NCBI GenBank assembly: GCA_040218735.1
Contig: JAVJQW010000012.1
Span: forward strand, 416,001 to 480,000
Reading direction: 5' to 3'
From: Deltaproteobacteria bacterium
GTDB taxonomy: Bacteria > Myxococcota > Kuafuiibacteriia > Kuafuiibacteriales > Kuafuiibacteriaceae
Length of the DNA: 64,000 nucleotides
Within the stretch, counting starts at the first letter, position 1, and each line of letters starts with the position of its first letter. This document shows positions 1-10,047 of the stretch, one piece after another. The position numbers and the translations under genes are program-made. Below the pieces are notes generated by a model. The model saw nothing but the letters and a program-made list of their open reading frames with translations, was not told the origin of the DNA and did not search any database.

Positions 1-1250
1 TCGCGGCCCTGCGCCGTGAGGAAGCGGCCCGTCTCGCGGTCGTAGCTCCCGTCCGTGAGGAACTTGAGCGTGTTGAACGGGTGCGTCGTCCCACCCTGCC
101 GCAGGTTGATCTCGATCGCGTAGATCCGATCCTCCCCGCCGTCGCGCACGACGACGAAGTCCACACCGAAGCGACCGATCACCCCCTTGCGCGCGAGCAC
201 CTCGCCGACCGCGACCGCGCGCTTCTGGATCGCGAGCCGGTAGTCGACGTGCGCCGGGAACGTCGCCCCCTGGTAGACCTGACCGTGTTTCCCGCCGAGC
301 ACCTGGTCGTGCGTCGACACCGGCTGGACCTCGGACAGCGGACTGATTCGGACCTGCGCGCTCGGCGAGACCTTCCTCTCACCGTCGACCCACAGCTCGA
401 CGATCCCGCCCATCGACTCGAACTGCTCCGCGTACGCCGGCCACGTGAGCCCGTTTGCCTCGTAGCGCATCTGCTCCAACGCACCGCGAACGGCGTCTGC
501 GTCGGGCGCGAGACCTTCGAGGTCGAGCAGCGCGTTGCCCTCGCCCGAGAAGCCCTCCTCGAGCTTTACGACCGCGCGCCGCGCTTCGGGGTGCTCGTGT
601 TTCAGGTCGATCACCGCCCGCACGAGGTCGTCGACCGAGCGGAGATCCTCGCGCCCCGGCGCGACCTCGACGTGCGCCGCCGCGAACGCGTGGCGAGAGC
701 CGGACTTGCTGCCGAGATCGATCAACGACGGATCACACGCCACCATCGGGATCTGCAGCCCCACCGCGAGCGAACGCTCCAGCGGGCTCGCGTTGAACGG
801 CGCGATGTGCGCCATCTCGGGATCGTCGACCGCCTCGCGGATCCGCTGCATCAGCCGCGGGCGCTCCAGGATCTTCTGCGTGAGCGGCACCGGGCGCGCG
901 TCGTCGCAGTTCAGCAACACCAGGCGACGCCGCGCGTGCTCGGCCGGAACGCCGCGCATCTGGTGGAGGTAGTAGTCGACGATCAGCGGGTTGAGCGCCT
1001 TGGAGGTGACGTAGACGACCTTCATCCGCGGCCGGCGCAGCAACATCAGGTTGAAGAGCGAACGCTCCTCGTAGTGTTCGACGCCGGGGATCTTCTCGAG
1101 CTCCCGCGGGTTCATGCTCTGCGACGGGACGACGACGGCCGTGTAGGGCTGCGTGGGATCGGCGCGGAACCTCTTGAACCGAGGTGCGAGCAGCTTCTGG
1201 AGTCGGTCGAACTCCGCTGACTCGCGCGAGCTCGGGAGGTCATGCGTCAT
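1..1250 (-). CDS. Peptide ligase PGM1-related ATP-grasp protein (3' end runs off the window)
   Basis: Absent from the ORF track because it is truncated. My minus-strand translation from ATG 1250: MTHDLPSS...AVVVPSQS...HYEERSLFNLMLLRRP...KLEEGFSGEGNA...EINLRQGGTTHPF, motifs typical of PGM1-related ligases. ATGA overlap with the upstream stop at 1247-1250. Confidence 0.85.
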   Translation of the reverse strand, partial: MTHDLPSSRESAEFDRLQKLLAPRFKRFRADPTQPYTAVVVPSQSMNPRELEKIPGVEHYEERSLFNLMLLRRPRMKVVYVTSKALNPLIVDYYLHQMRGVPAEHARRRLVLLNCDDARPVPLTQKILERPRLMQRIREAVDDPEMAHIAPFNASPLERSLAVGLQIPMVACDPSLIDLGSKSGSRHAFAAAHVEVAPGREDLRSVDDLVRAVIDLKHEHPEARRAVVKLEEGFSGEGNALLDLEGLAPDADAVRGALEQMRYEANGLTWPAYAEQFESMGGIVELWVDGERKVSPSAQVRISPLSEVQPVSTHDQVLGGKHGQVYQGATFPAHVDYRLAIQKRAVAVGEVLARKGVIGRFGVDFVVVRDGGEDRIYAIEINLRQGGTTHPFNTLKFLTDGSYDRETGRFLTAQGR

Positions 1251-2230
1251 GAGGCACTTTCGAGTGTACGAATATATTGGGCGCGTTCGAAGACCTCCGG
1301 GTGTTCGTTCCGCGCCTGGCAGAGCGCACCGCGCACCTCGTCCAGCCGATTGACGTCCTCGCCGGCCATCCACGCCTCCAGACCGCGCTGCAACGTCTTC
1401 ACGTAGTCCACACCGCGCTCCAGCAACACGCCGCACAGCATCACCACGTCGGCTCCGACGAGGATCGACTTGATCACGTCGTCCGAGCTGTGCACGCCGG
1501 TCGTGATCGCGAGGCTGGCGTCGATGCGATCCCGGAGGATCCCCGTCCACCGCAGCGGCAACCGCAGCTCGTGCGACCGCGAAAGCTCCAGCGCCGGACG
1601 CATCCGGCGGCGTGTGATGTCGATGTCCGGCTGGTAGAATCGATTGAATAGAACGACCCCGGAGGCCCCCGCCGAGACCAGGCGCTTCGCGAAGTTGCCG
1701 ACGTTGGAGAAGTACGGGCTCAGCTTCACCGCGACCGGGATGTCGATGCCGTCGGTGACGGACGCGATCGTGTCGATGTAGCGCTTCTCGACCTCGGCTC
1801 CGTCGAGATCGACGTCCGTGGTGACGAAGTACAGGTTCACCTCGACCGCCGACGCCCCCGCGTCCTCGAGCAGGCGCGCGTAGTTCGCCCACTCGGAGTG
1901 CGGCGCGCCGTTGATGCTCGCGACGATCGGAACGTTCACCGCCTCGCGCGCCGCCGTCACGTGGTTCAGGTAGTCGAGCGGGCTCTTCGACAGGCGTTTG
2001 CTCTCCGACTTCTCTACGAGCGCCTCCGCGTAGCTCTTGTCCGAGAGCAGACGCGTGAGCGCGTCACGCTCCAGCGTGAGCTGCTCCTCGAAGAGCGAGT
2101 ACAGAACCACCGCGCCCACGCCCGCGTCCGCGAGCGCACGCACGCCATCGATGGTCGACGACAACGGGCTCGCCGAAGCAACGAGCGGAGAAGACAGGTC
2201 CAGGCCGAGGTAGCGCGTCGTGAGGTTCAT
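1247..2230 (-). CDS. Dihydroorotate dehydrogenase-like FMN protein (PRK07565-type)
   Basis: MNLTTRYLGLDLSSPLVASASPL, SLFEEQ, VAVKLSPYF, VLFNRFYQPDID, FERAQY. Start set at ATG 2230. Confidence 0.9.
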   Translation of the reverse strand: MNLTTRYLGLDLSSPLVASASPLSSTIDGVRALADAGVGAVVLYSLFEEQLTLERDALTRLLSDKSYAEALVEKSESKRLSKSPLDYLNHVTAAREAVNVPIVASINGAPHSEWANYARLLEDAGASAVEVNLYFVTTDVDLDGAEVEKRYIDTIASVTDGIDIPVAVKLSPYFSNVGNFAKRLVSAGASGVVLFNRFYQPDIDITRRRMRPALELSRSHELRLPLRWTGILRDRIDASLAITTGVHSSDDVIKSILVGADVVMLCGVLLERGVDYVKTLQRGLEAWMAGEDVNRLDEVRGALCQARNEHPEVFERAQYIRTLESAS

Positions 2231-2328
2231 ACCCCGATCCCGCAGCAACGCCCGTGCCCGAACCCGACAGCACACACCGCCACCGTCGCGTAGCGGATCG
2301 ACCACGCGGCGTTACCACTCGGTGTCGC

Positions 2329-4212
2329 TCAGCCGAGCGCAGCGAGGGCGCCGAACAACGCCCGCATCGAGGGCCAGCGCGCGTCCGGATCGGGCTCGAG
2401 GCACCGGCGCAGCACGTTGGCGAGCTCCGCGGACACCGGGGTCGTCGTCGGGAGCTCCGGAGGCGGCTCGGAGAACCGCGTGACGAGGTCCGCGACGGTC
2501 CCCTCGAACGCGGGCACGCCCACCAACATCTCGTAGAGCACGGTGCCGATGGCGTAGATGTCGGAGCGTGGATCGACCGCGCCGTCGGCTTGCTCGGGCG
2601 CCATGTAGCGGAGCGTCCCGACGGGCCCCGTGCCCTCGCTGACGTCGCCCTCGAGGCTGGTCGCAATGCCGAAGTCGGCGAGCCGAACGCCACCCTGCCC
2701 GTCGATCAGGATGTTCCCCGGTTTGACGTCGCGGTGAATGATCCCGGCGTCGTGAATCGCCGCGAGCGCAGACGCGACCTCGCGCGCGATCGGCACGGCG
2801 CGGGCCGGACCGAGCGGCCTTCCATTCAAAAGATCCGAGAGCGCGTGCCCGCGGCACAGCTCCATCGCCATGAAGATGACGCCCTGATCCACGCCGAAGT
2901 CGTAGACGGCGAGGCACCCGCGGTGGTGAACACGAGCCGCGAAGCGCGCCTCCTGGATGAAGGCCTCCGAGCGCGCCGCGTCCATCGCCAGCTCCGGCGC
3001 GAGCACCTTCACCGCGACCTCGCGATCGAGCACGACGTCACGACCGAGATACACCGAGGCCTGCGCACCCGAGCCGATCTCCGACCGTATCGCGAAGCGC
3101 TCGCGCAGCGTCGTCCCGACGAGCGTGCGCGTCGCGGTCATCGGCAGCAGAGTCTGCGCGAGTGTTTGGGTCTCGATCGGCACGACCTCGTCGTCGTGGT
3201 CGCCGAGCGCCTCCAGCATGGTCGTCGCCTCGCGATGTTCCGGGAGGATCTCGACGATCGTGTGGAGCGTGCCGCGCGCCTCCGCGACCTGCCCGGACTC
3301 GATCAACAGGCGCGCGTAGAGCTGCAGCGCGGGGAGGTCTGAGCGATCGAATCGGTGTCCGTCGAGCAGGCGCTTGAGCACACGGATCGCGCAGAGCCGA
3401 TCGTCGTCCTCCACCAGAGCACGCGCCATCATCACGCGCGCGCGCCGGTAGATCTTCTGCTCCGGCTCGATCTTCGCGAGCACCTGGATCGCGGAGCCGT
3501 ACGCTGCGCGATCCCCCGACCGTGCGCGGGCCAGGAAGACCTCCGCGGCGTCGAGCGCTTCGTACTCCTCGATCAGCTGGGCCGCCTGCTCCTCGCGGCC
3601 CGCGCGCTGAAGCACCTCGGCCGCGGCCCGCTTCTGATCGCCGATCTCCAAGATTCGGACGGCGCGATCGACCTCACCCTCGCGCTCGAAGCACTGCGCG
3701 GCCGCGCGACAGACACGCTCCGCCTCGACGCCGTCCAGCCCGTACTTCTTCCGGTTCTTGAGCGTCGCGACGTAACACTGCGCCGCGTGCAGGTTGTCGC
3801 CCGCGCGCTCGAACTGCATCGCCGCCTTCAGCTGCTCGTCGCAGCGGAGGTACTCGCGCGCAGCGTGAACGTTCGCGCCGACGCGTGCGTAGAGATCCGC
3901 GGCGGCGCGGTGATCCCCGGCGCGACGGTGGGCCTCGGCGCACTTGCCGAAGGCGCCCGCCCTGAACCAGATCTGCGCCGCGCGCGGCCAGTCCTTCTGA
4001 TCCTCCGCGATCACCGCCGCCTCGGCGTACATGCGCGCCGCGAGCAGGGTGTCCAAAGCGCGATCGATCTCCCCGACGCTCCGGAGGATCCCGGCCGCGT
4101 AGAGCACGTAGTTCTTGTGTTCGGCGTAGGCGCCCTTCTTCTTGGCGCGCTCCGCCGCAGCCAATACGTGCGCGAGCTCTTTGCTCTGCGCTTCGCGGTC
4201 GATCTGCACCAC
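2329..4212 (-). CDS. Cytoplasmic Ser/Thr (Hanks) kinase with N-terminal TPR-like helical repeats
   Basis: C-terminal [33 protein letters not shown]; Ala-rich helical repeats upstream. The 5' part of track ORF 2329..5649 is the shadow of gor; GTG 4212 start is inferred. Confidence 0.85.
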   Translation of the reverse strand: MVQIDREAQSKELAHVLAAAERAKKKGAYAEHKNYVLYAAGILRSVGEIDRALDTLLAARMYAEAAVIAEDQKDWPRAAQIWFRAGAFGKCAEAHRRAGDHRAAADLYARVGANVHAAREYLRCDEQLKAAMQFERAGDNLHAAQCYVATLKNRKKYGLDGVEAERVCRAAAQCFEREGEVDRAVRILEIGDQKRAAAEVLQRAGREEQAAQLIEEYEALDAAEVFLARARSGDRAAYGSAIQVLAKIEPEQKIYRRARVMMARALVEDDDRLCAIRVLKRLLDGHRFDRSDLPALQLYARLLIESGQVAEARGTLHTIVEILPEHREATTMLEALGDHDDEVVPIETQTLAQTLLPMTATRTLVGTTLRERFAIRSEIGSGAQASVYLGRDVVLDREVAVKVLAPELAMDAARSEAFIQEARFAARVHHRGCLAVYDFGVDQGVIFMAMELCRGHALSDLLNGRPLGPARAVPIAREVASALAAIHDAGIIHRDVKPGNILIDGQGGVRLADFGIATSLEGDVSEGTGPVGTLRYMAPEQADGAVDPRSDIYAIGTVLYEMLVGVPAFEGTVADLVTRFSEPPPELPTTTPVSAELANVLRRCLEPDPDARWPSMRALFGALAALG

Positions 4213-4335
4213 CGTCCGGACGTCTCCGGGTTCTTCGATCGGCGGACGCCACCCGGGCCTGAAGCCGAGCGCCGGTGTGTGGCACGAAATGGAACAGGTG
4301 TGCGGGGCTGCACCGCGTGCTACCGGTCTCGGCCC

Positions 4336-5685
4336 ATGCAGCGTTTCGACTACCTGGTCCTCGGCGGCGGCAGCGGCGGGCTCGCCTCGTCTCGGCGCGC
4401 CGCCAAACACGGCGCCAAGGTCGCCGTCGTCGAGTCGGGCCGCCTCGGCGGGACCTGTGTCAACGTAGGTTGCGTCCCCAAGAAGGTCATGTGGAATGCC
4501 GCGTCTATCGCCGAGGCGCTCCACTTCGCGCCGGACTACGGGTTCGACGTCGACACGAAGTCGTTCGACTGGGGCAAGGTGAAGGCGGGGCGCGACGCCT
4601 ACGTCGCCCGCCTCAACGGCATCTACGAGCGGAACCTCTCCGTCGACGACATCCACCTCGTCCGCGGGCACGCCCAGTTCGTCGACGCCCACACCGTCGA
4701 GGTCGACGGCGAACGCTTCCAGGCCGACCACATCCTGGTCGCGACCGGCGGGCGCCCGTCGATCCCGAACGTCCCCGGTGCACGCGAGCACGGCATCACC
4801 TCCGACGGCTTCTTCGAGCTGGAGTCGATGCCCGAGCACGTCGCCATCGCCGGCGCGGGTTACATCGCGGTGGAGCTCGCGGGGGTGTTCAACACGCTCG
4901 GTGCCAACGTGACGCTGATGGTGCGCAAGGACCAGCCGCTCCGCACGTTCGACGACTGCCTGCGAACGACGCTCACGGAGTCGATGCTCCAGCACGGCAT
5001 CAACATCGAGACACACACGGACCTGACGGCGGTCGAACGCATGGACGACGGGCGCCTCGCGCTCACCACCCACGACGGCCGCAAACTCGAAGGTTACGAC
5101 CAGCTCGTGTGGGCGACCGGCCGCGATCCCAACACCGATCGCATCGGCGTCGAACACACCGGGCTCGACCTCGACGCACGCGGACACATCCAGGTCGACG
5201 CGTTCCAGAACACCAACGTCGAAGGCATCTACGCGCTCGGTGACGTCGCCGGAAAGTGGCTCCTGACCCCGGTCGCGATCGCCGCCGGGCGGAAGCTCGC
5301 GGACCGAATCTTCGGCAACGTCCCGAACGCACGCCTCGACTACCTCGACATCCCCACCGTCGTGTTCAGCCACCCGCCGATCGGTACCGTCGGCCTCACC
5401 GAGGACGAAGCCCACGAAGAGTTTGGCTCGTCCGTGAAGTGTTACACGACGCGCTTCACGAACATGTTCTACGCGCTGTCCGAGGAGAAGGTCCCGACCG
5501 TTATGAAACTCGTGACCGTCGGCGCCAACGAGAAGGTCGTCGGCATCCACGTGATCGGGCTCGGCGCCGACGAGATGATCCAAGGCTTCGCCGTCGCGCT
5601 CCGCATGGGCGCGACGAAGGCGGACCTCGACCGCACCGTCGCCATCCACCCGACCGCCGCCGAAGAGCTCGTCACGATGCGGTGA
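4336..5685 (+). CDS. gor: Glutathione-disulfide reductase
   Basis: [28 protein letters not shown] redox disulfide, GAGYIAVE, C-terminal [14 protein letters not shown]. Confidence 0.97.
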   Translation: MQRFDYLVLGGGSGGLASSRRAAKHGAKVAVVESGRLGGTCVNVGCVPKKVMWNAASIAEALHFAPDYGFDVDTKSFDWGKVKAGRDAYVARLNGIYERNLSVDDIHLVRGHAQFVDAHTVEVDGERFQADHILVATGGRPSIPNVPGAREHGITSDGFFELESMPEHVAIAGAGYIAVELAGVFNTLGANVTLMVRKDQPLRTFDDCLRTTLTESMLQHGINIETHTDLTAVERMDDGRLALTTHDGRKLEGYDQLVWATGRDPNTDRIGVEHTGLDLDARGHIQVDAFQNTNVEGIYALGDVAGKWLLTPVAIAAGRKLADRIFGNVPNARLDYLDIPTVVFSHPPIGTVGLTEDEAHEEFGSSVKCYTTRFTNMFYALSEEKVPTVMKLVTVGANEKVVGIHVIGLGADEMIQGFAVALRMGATKADLDRTVAIHPTAAEELVTMR

Positions 5686-6211
5686 GCATCTCGACGAGCT
5701 TGGCCACCGTGGCGCCGTTGCGCGCGGTGGTCTTCACGCCGAGCGCACGTTCGACGAGCCCCGCGAGCTTCGAGCGTCCGATGCCGTCCGGCGCGTGCAA
5801 ATAGAAGACGTCCCCGTCGATGACGTAGCGCTCGTTCGGCTTCTTCGCCGCGTCGAGCTTCGCGACGTCCGCGGCCTTCGGCGCCGCCTCGCAGAAGTAC
5901 AGGTGCAGCGACTTGGGCGCGTCCATCGCCTCGGGGAACGGGTTCGCCTCGACCGTCGCCAGGAAACGCTCACCCGACACGACCATCACCTGCGGCGCGA
6001 ACCCGTGCTCACCTTCGATCGCCGACGTGATGCGCTCCCCGATCTTCGAGGCCCCGCGCTTCGGCGCGCTGAACACGACGTTCCCGGATTGGATGTACGT
6101 CTCGACGTCCTCGAGCCCAAGCGCCTCCAGCAGCGACCTGAGCGACGCCATCGGGAGTTTGTTCTTCCCGCCGACGTTGATGCCCCGCAGCAGCGCGACG
6201 TGTCTGGGCAT
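5672..6211 (-). CDS. DUF1697 domain protein
   Basis: [23 protein letters not shown] and TARN motifs. Confidence 0.9.
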   Translation of the reverse strand: MPRHVALLRGINVGGKNKLPMASLRSLLEALGLEDVETYIQSGNVVFSAPKRGASKIGERITSAIEGEHGFAPQVMVVSGERFLATVEANPFPEAMDAPKSLHLYFCEAAPKAADVAKLDAAKKPNERYVIDGDVFYLHAPDGIGRSKLAGLVERALGVKTTARNGATVAKLVEMLTAS

Positions 6212-8052
6212 CAGCGTCGACCGTGCCGCTTCATCATCCGGTACAGCGTGCTGCGCGCGACGCCGAGCCGGCGGGCGGCGTCACTCATGTTCCCACCGCT
6301 GGCCGCGAGCGCGCGATCGAGCGCCTCGGCCTCGCTGTCCTTCAGGGAGGCCGACGTCGGCGCAGACCGTGGCCGGAGCGTGAGCGTCGGGAAGTGGCGG
6401 AGGCGGATCCGTTCGGCGTCGAGCGCGTAGGCGTGGGCGAGCGCGGAGCGCAGCTCGCGCACGTTGCCGGGCCATTCGTGGCTCCTGAGGTAGGTGAGCG
6501 CATCTTCGTCGACCGGGACGATGCGTCCGTCGCTCAGCTCGGCGAGCAAGGCGCGCGCGAGCATGACGAGGTCCGTGCGCTCGCGCAGCGGCGGCAGCTC
6601 CACGTTCGCGCCGCGGATGCGGAAGAAGAGGTCCTGACGGAACGCCCCCGAAGCCACGAGCGCGACGAGGTCCTCGCACGTCGCCGTGATCAACCGGAAG
6701 TCGGCCCGGCGCGGCTCGATCTCTCCGACGCGGTGGAACCAGCCGTCCTCGAGCACGCGCAGCAACACCGCTTGCAGGCGCGGCGGCATCTCCGCCACCT
6801 CGTCGAGGAACAGCGTCCCGCCGGTCGCCGCCTCCAACTTGCCGACGGCGCCGTCGGGTCGCGCGCCGGTGAACGCGCCGGGGCCGTACCCGAACAGCTC
6901 GCTCTCGAGCAGCGACTCGGAGAGCGCGCCGCAGTTGAGCGCGACGTACGGTCCGTCGCGTCGGCCGCTCGCGTCGTGTACCGCGCGTGCGAGGAGGTCC
7001 TTGCCGGTGCCGGTCTCGGCCTGGAGGAGCACCGGGAGCTCGGTCTTCGCAAAGCGGGCGGCGCGCTGCTTGGCGTCTTCGAAGCGGCGGTCGTCGCCGA
7101 CGAGGCGCGCGAAGGGGTCGGGCGCCGCGCGCGGCTTCACGATGCCCGAAGCGCCGACGAAGACGAGCGAGGCGAGCACGGTACCGTCCGCGGCGTAGAC
7201 CGGCTCGAGCGTCAGGCGTGCGTCGGGGAGCTCGACCGTCGAGCGTGCGCCGCGAACCGCGCGCCAGACGTCGGTCAGCGTCGCGCGGACGTCGGGCAAC
7301 GTGGAGAGCCAGCGGCGCCCCATCGGGTTGGCCATCCGAACGCGTGCGCCGTGTTCGATGACAAATGCCGCTTGGAGCACGTGTTGAAGCGCGCGCGAGA
7401 TGGTCTCGACGCTGCCGCTCTCGTCGAAGGCCCGCGCGCGGAGGCGCTCGCCGACGGCGCGGGCGAGCGTCGAGACGGCGACTTGGACGAATTCGGCGGG
7501 CGCGCTCGAGAACGAGGTCGCATCGACGACACCGACCACGCGTCCGTCGGGCGTGAGGATCGGGCTCGCGTAACAGGAGAGGCGGTGATTGCGGCGCTCC
7601 CAGTGGGCGAACCCTTCGACGACGACCGGGGCGCCCTCCGCCACTGCGGTGCCGATGGCGTTGGTGCCGCGGACGGCCTCGTTCCAAGCGGCGCCTTGGA
7701 TCAGGCAGCTCTGCTGCGCGGTGGGTTCGAAGTCGCCGCCGCTGAAACCATCGACGACGACGCCGTCCGCGTCGGCGAGCAGCAGGGTGAAGTGGCGATC
7801 TGCGAACTCGGCGGCGCTGTCCGCGAGGAGCGGGTAAGCGACATCCAGGACCGGCGCCATGCGCTCGCGGCACTCGGCGATGCGCTGCGCACCGAGGATC
7901 ACGGGCTCGGTGTTCTCGGCGGGTCGGACGCCGAGCGCACGCACGCGAGCCCAGCGCTCCAACACCGGATCCTGAGATCGGTGGGTGCGCTGCTCGACGA
8001 ACTGCTGCCAGAGCGTCGAGTCGGCCTGACTGAGGTGCAGCCCCGAAGTCAC
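6211..8052 (-). CDS. Sigma-54-dependent activator, GAF + AAA+ + Fis HTH (AcoR-like)
   Basis: GAF motif [14 protein letters not shown]; [34 protein letters not shown]; C-terminal [17 protein letters not shown]. Confidence 0.95.
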   Translation of the reverse strand: MTSGLHLSQADSTLWQQFVEQRTHRSQDPVLERWARVRALGVRPAENTEPVILGAQRIAECRERMAPVLDVAYPLLADSAAEFADRHFTLLLADADGVVVDGFSGGDFEPTAQQSCLIQGAAWNEAVRGTNAIGTAVAEGAPVVVEGFAHWERRNHRLSCYASPILTPDGRVVGVVDATSFSSAPAEFVQVAVSTLARAVGERLRARAFDESGSVETISRALQHVLQAAFVIEHGARVRMANPMGRRWLSTLPDVRATLTDVWRAVRGARSTVELPDARLTLEPVYAADGTVLASLVFVGASGIVKPRAAPDPFARLVGDDRRFEDAKQRAARFAKTELPVLLQAETGTGKDLLARAVHDASGRRDGPYVALNCGALSESLLESELFGYGPGAFTGARPDGAVGKLEAATGGTLFLDEVAEMPPRLQAVLLRVLEDGWFHRVGEIEPRRADFRLITATCEDLVALVASGAFRQDLFFRIRGANVELPPLRERTDLVMLARALLAELSDGRIVPVDEDALTYLRSHEWPGNVRELRSALAHAYALDAERIRLRHFPTLTLRPRSAPTSASLKDSEAEALDRALAASGGNMSDAARRLGVARSTLYRMMKRHGRR

Positions 8053-8363
8053 GGGGCATTCACCTTACAGAGTCGACCCGACGTTGAAAATAAGCCCGGC
8101 CCCCATTTCGGGGGCCGGGTCGGGTGCGCAGCCGAGCCCGCGGGGGGACAAAGGCAGGGCTTGGTCGACTGCGCGAGATGATCGTCTGCAGCCACTGCGC
8201 CAAGCTGAGGTGCTGGCCGTGTCTCACGAGGTGTCGCGATCGATCGGAGCGGTTCGCGACGAAGTGGAGCGAAACGCAACACACGATGAAGTGGGCGACG
8301 CAGCGCAGCACTTGCACGCGCGCGACAGCGACTTGCCGTTGCCTGCAAGCCGAACGGGACAGT

Positions 8364-8380
8364 TGGCACGCTACTTTGGG
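8364..8380 (+). promoter_or_regulatory. Imperfect sigma-54 (-24/-12) promoter-like site divergent from the activator
   Basis: TGGCACG-CTAC-TTTG: perfect -24 box, but the -12 GC is replaced by TG. Confidence 0.35.
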
Positions 8381-8405
8381 TCTTCCGATCCAGCGGGGGG
8401 TACGC

Positions 8406-8747
8406 GTGGTGTTCGAAGTCCAGGGGCGAAGGTTCACGATCACGTTCGAGGACGGAGGCGTGCGCTGCACTCCGCACGACCCGGCGGACGCCGTGCTCTG
8501 CGACGTCGTGACGCTCGGCTGGCAGCTCGGACCGGAGCGTTTGATGGACGCCGTCCGAGCGGGCCGCGGCCTGGGGTTCATCGACGTCGCGGGCTTCACG
8601 TACTTCCACGAAGCCGCCGCCGAGTTCCCCGAAGGCGCGAGCCCCAGCTCGGTGATGGTCGACTTCTACGAGCGCTCGCAGGTGTTGGATCGGACGGAAT
8701 TCGAAGCCTTCGTGGGCGCCTTCGCGGTGCGGGCGACGCGGACCTAG
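8406..8747 (+). CDS. Small hypothetical protein
   Basis: Protein-like composition from GTG 8406 (VVFEVQGRRFTITFEDGG...); fills the gap between flanking genes; no family recognised. Confidence 0.55.
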   Translation: MVFEVQGRRFTITFEDGGVRCTPHDPADAVLCDVVTLGWQLGPERLMDAVRAGRGLGFIDVAGFTYFHEAAAEFPEGASPSSVMVDFYERSQVLDRTEFEAFVGAFAVRATRT

Positions 8748-8825
8748 AGGCCCGTTCACGCAGCTCCGCTGCGCGGACCTGCTGGGCACACCCGTCGGGC
8801 AGACCGCTCCGCGGTCGGCCTCCGT

Positions 8826-10022
8826 CTAGTTGCCCACGCCCACGACCTCGGTCACCACCCCGCTCACGCGCATCCCGACCGAGTAGCCGTCCGCGAACTC
8901 GCGGTGGTCGGCGCAGCTCGAGGCGTCGTCGGGGTCGACGCGCGGCACGGTCACGGCGCAGGCGGTGTCGAAGCAGGGGTCGCCCGGGGCGACGGCGTCG
9001 CAGCACAAGTCGATCGCCTGGTCGCCGTCCTGGTCCACGGCGCACTCCGCGCCGTCGCCGTCGAGGTCGACGTCCGGCATGCCGCTGATCGTCAGCGCGA
9101 CGAGGTCGAGCAGCGACGAGTTCGAGAAGGACGCCGAGCACAACACACTCACCTGGCCGCAGTACGGATTCTCGATCCCGTGCAGCGCGCGCGCGGGGAG
9201 CGCGCCGCCGAGGACGCCGTTCGAGAACGAGCGCTCGTTGGGCGCGATGAGGAAGGAGAAGCGCATCCGCGCGAACTCCACCGTGGGGCGGATCGTCGCG
9301 GCGACGGAGAGTTGAATCGCGAGGTCGAACGACTCGTCCGTGACCAGCTGATGGTTGCGGATCCGCGCGCGCGCCATGGTGCGCGGTCGGTTGTCGGCGG
9401 TGAGCGAGTCGCGGTCGATCAGCACCGTGCCCTGCCCGTCGAAGTTGTTCGACACGAGCGCGTCGGCGTCGATGCCCGAGTAGATCTTCAGCGTCACGGC
9501 GTCGTCGCGGCCCGCGTACTTGTCGACGAGCCCCGCGATCTCCACGACGAGCAGGTTCGCCGACGACCGCACGCCCGCCCTCAAGGAAGGGTTGGCGTGG
9601 TTGCCGAGCGGCGACAGGACGTTGTCGATGCAGTCGGGGTCACAGCGGTTGTCGAGATCGAAGCCGACGTCTGGTGCGGCGATCTCCAGGGCGTCCACGA
9701 CGAAGATCAGGCCCGTCCCCGGAGCCGCGTCGAAGCCGTCGTCGTCGAGGCCGACGGGCTTGTCGCCGATCTCGACGTCGGTGCCCTGGCAGCGCCCGTC
9801 GAGGCAGAGGCGGCCGAGGCTCGCGCACCCGTCGTCCGTCAGCTCGCACCCGAGCGCCATCGCGCAGTCGGCGTCGACGTAGCAGTCGGTCCGACAGAAG
9901 TGCCCCGACTCGTCGCAGTAGGACTGATCGCCACAGTCGAAGTCGGTCTCGCAGCGTGATTCACACGCGAGCAGGGCGATCGGGAGCAACGAGACGAGGG
10001 CGAGGCGAACCAGCACGACCAT
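8826..10022 (-). CDS. Cys/Asp-rich hypothetical lipoprotein
   Basis: Lipobox LLAC after a hydrophobic leader, Cys-rich CETDFDC...C repeats, DVDLDGDG Ca-binding-like motif. Confidence 0.75.
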   Translation of the reverse strand: MVVLVRLALVSLLPIALLACESRCETDFDCGDQSYCDESGHFCRTDCYVDADCAMALGCELTDDGCASLGRLCLDGRCQGTDVEIGDKPVGLDDDGFDAAPGTGLIFVVDALEIAAPDVGFDLDNRCDPDCIDNVLSPLGNHANPSLRAGVRSSANLLVVEIAGLVDKYAGRDDAVTLKIYSGIDADALVSNNFDGQGTVLIDRDSLTADNRPRTMARARIRNHQLVTDESFDLAIQLSVAATIRPTVEFARMRFSFLIAPNERSFSNGVLGGALPARALHGIENPYCGQVSVLCSASFSNSSLLDLVALTISGMPDVDLDGDGAECAVDQDGDQAIDLCCDAVAPGDPCFDTACAVTVPRVDPDDASSCADHREFADGYSVGMRVSGVVTEVVGVGN

Positions 10023-10047
10023 GGGTCGCCGGCGGCCCCGCCCACCT

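Noticed and set aside
81-1220. 379-aa plus-strand ORF
   Set aside because: Antisense shadow of the PGM1-like gene; Arg/Val/Asp-rich with no motifs.
2329-5685. Apparent long fusions: 1106-aa minus ORF and 776-aa plus ORF
   Set aside because: Each is a real gene (kinase, gor) extended through the antisense of the other; the genes are divergent.
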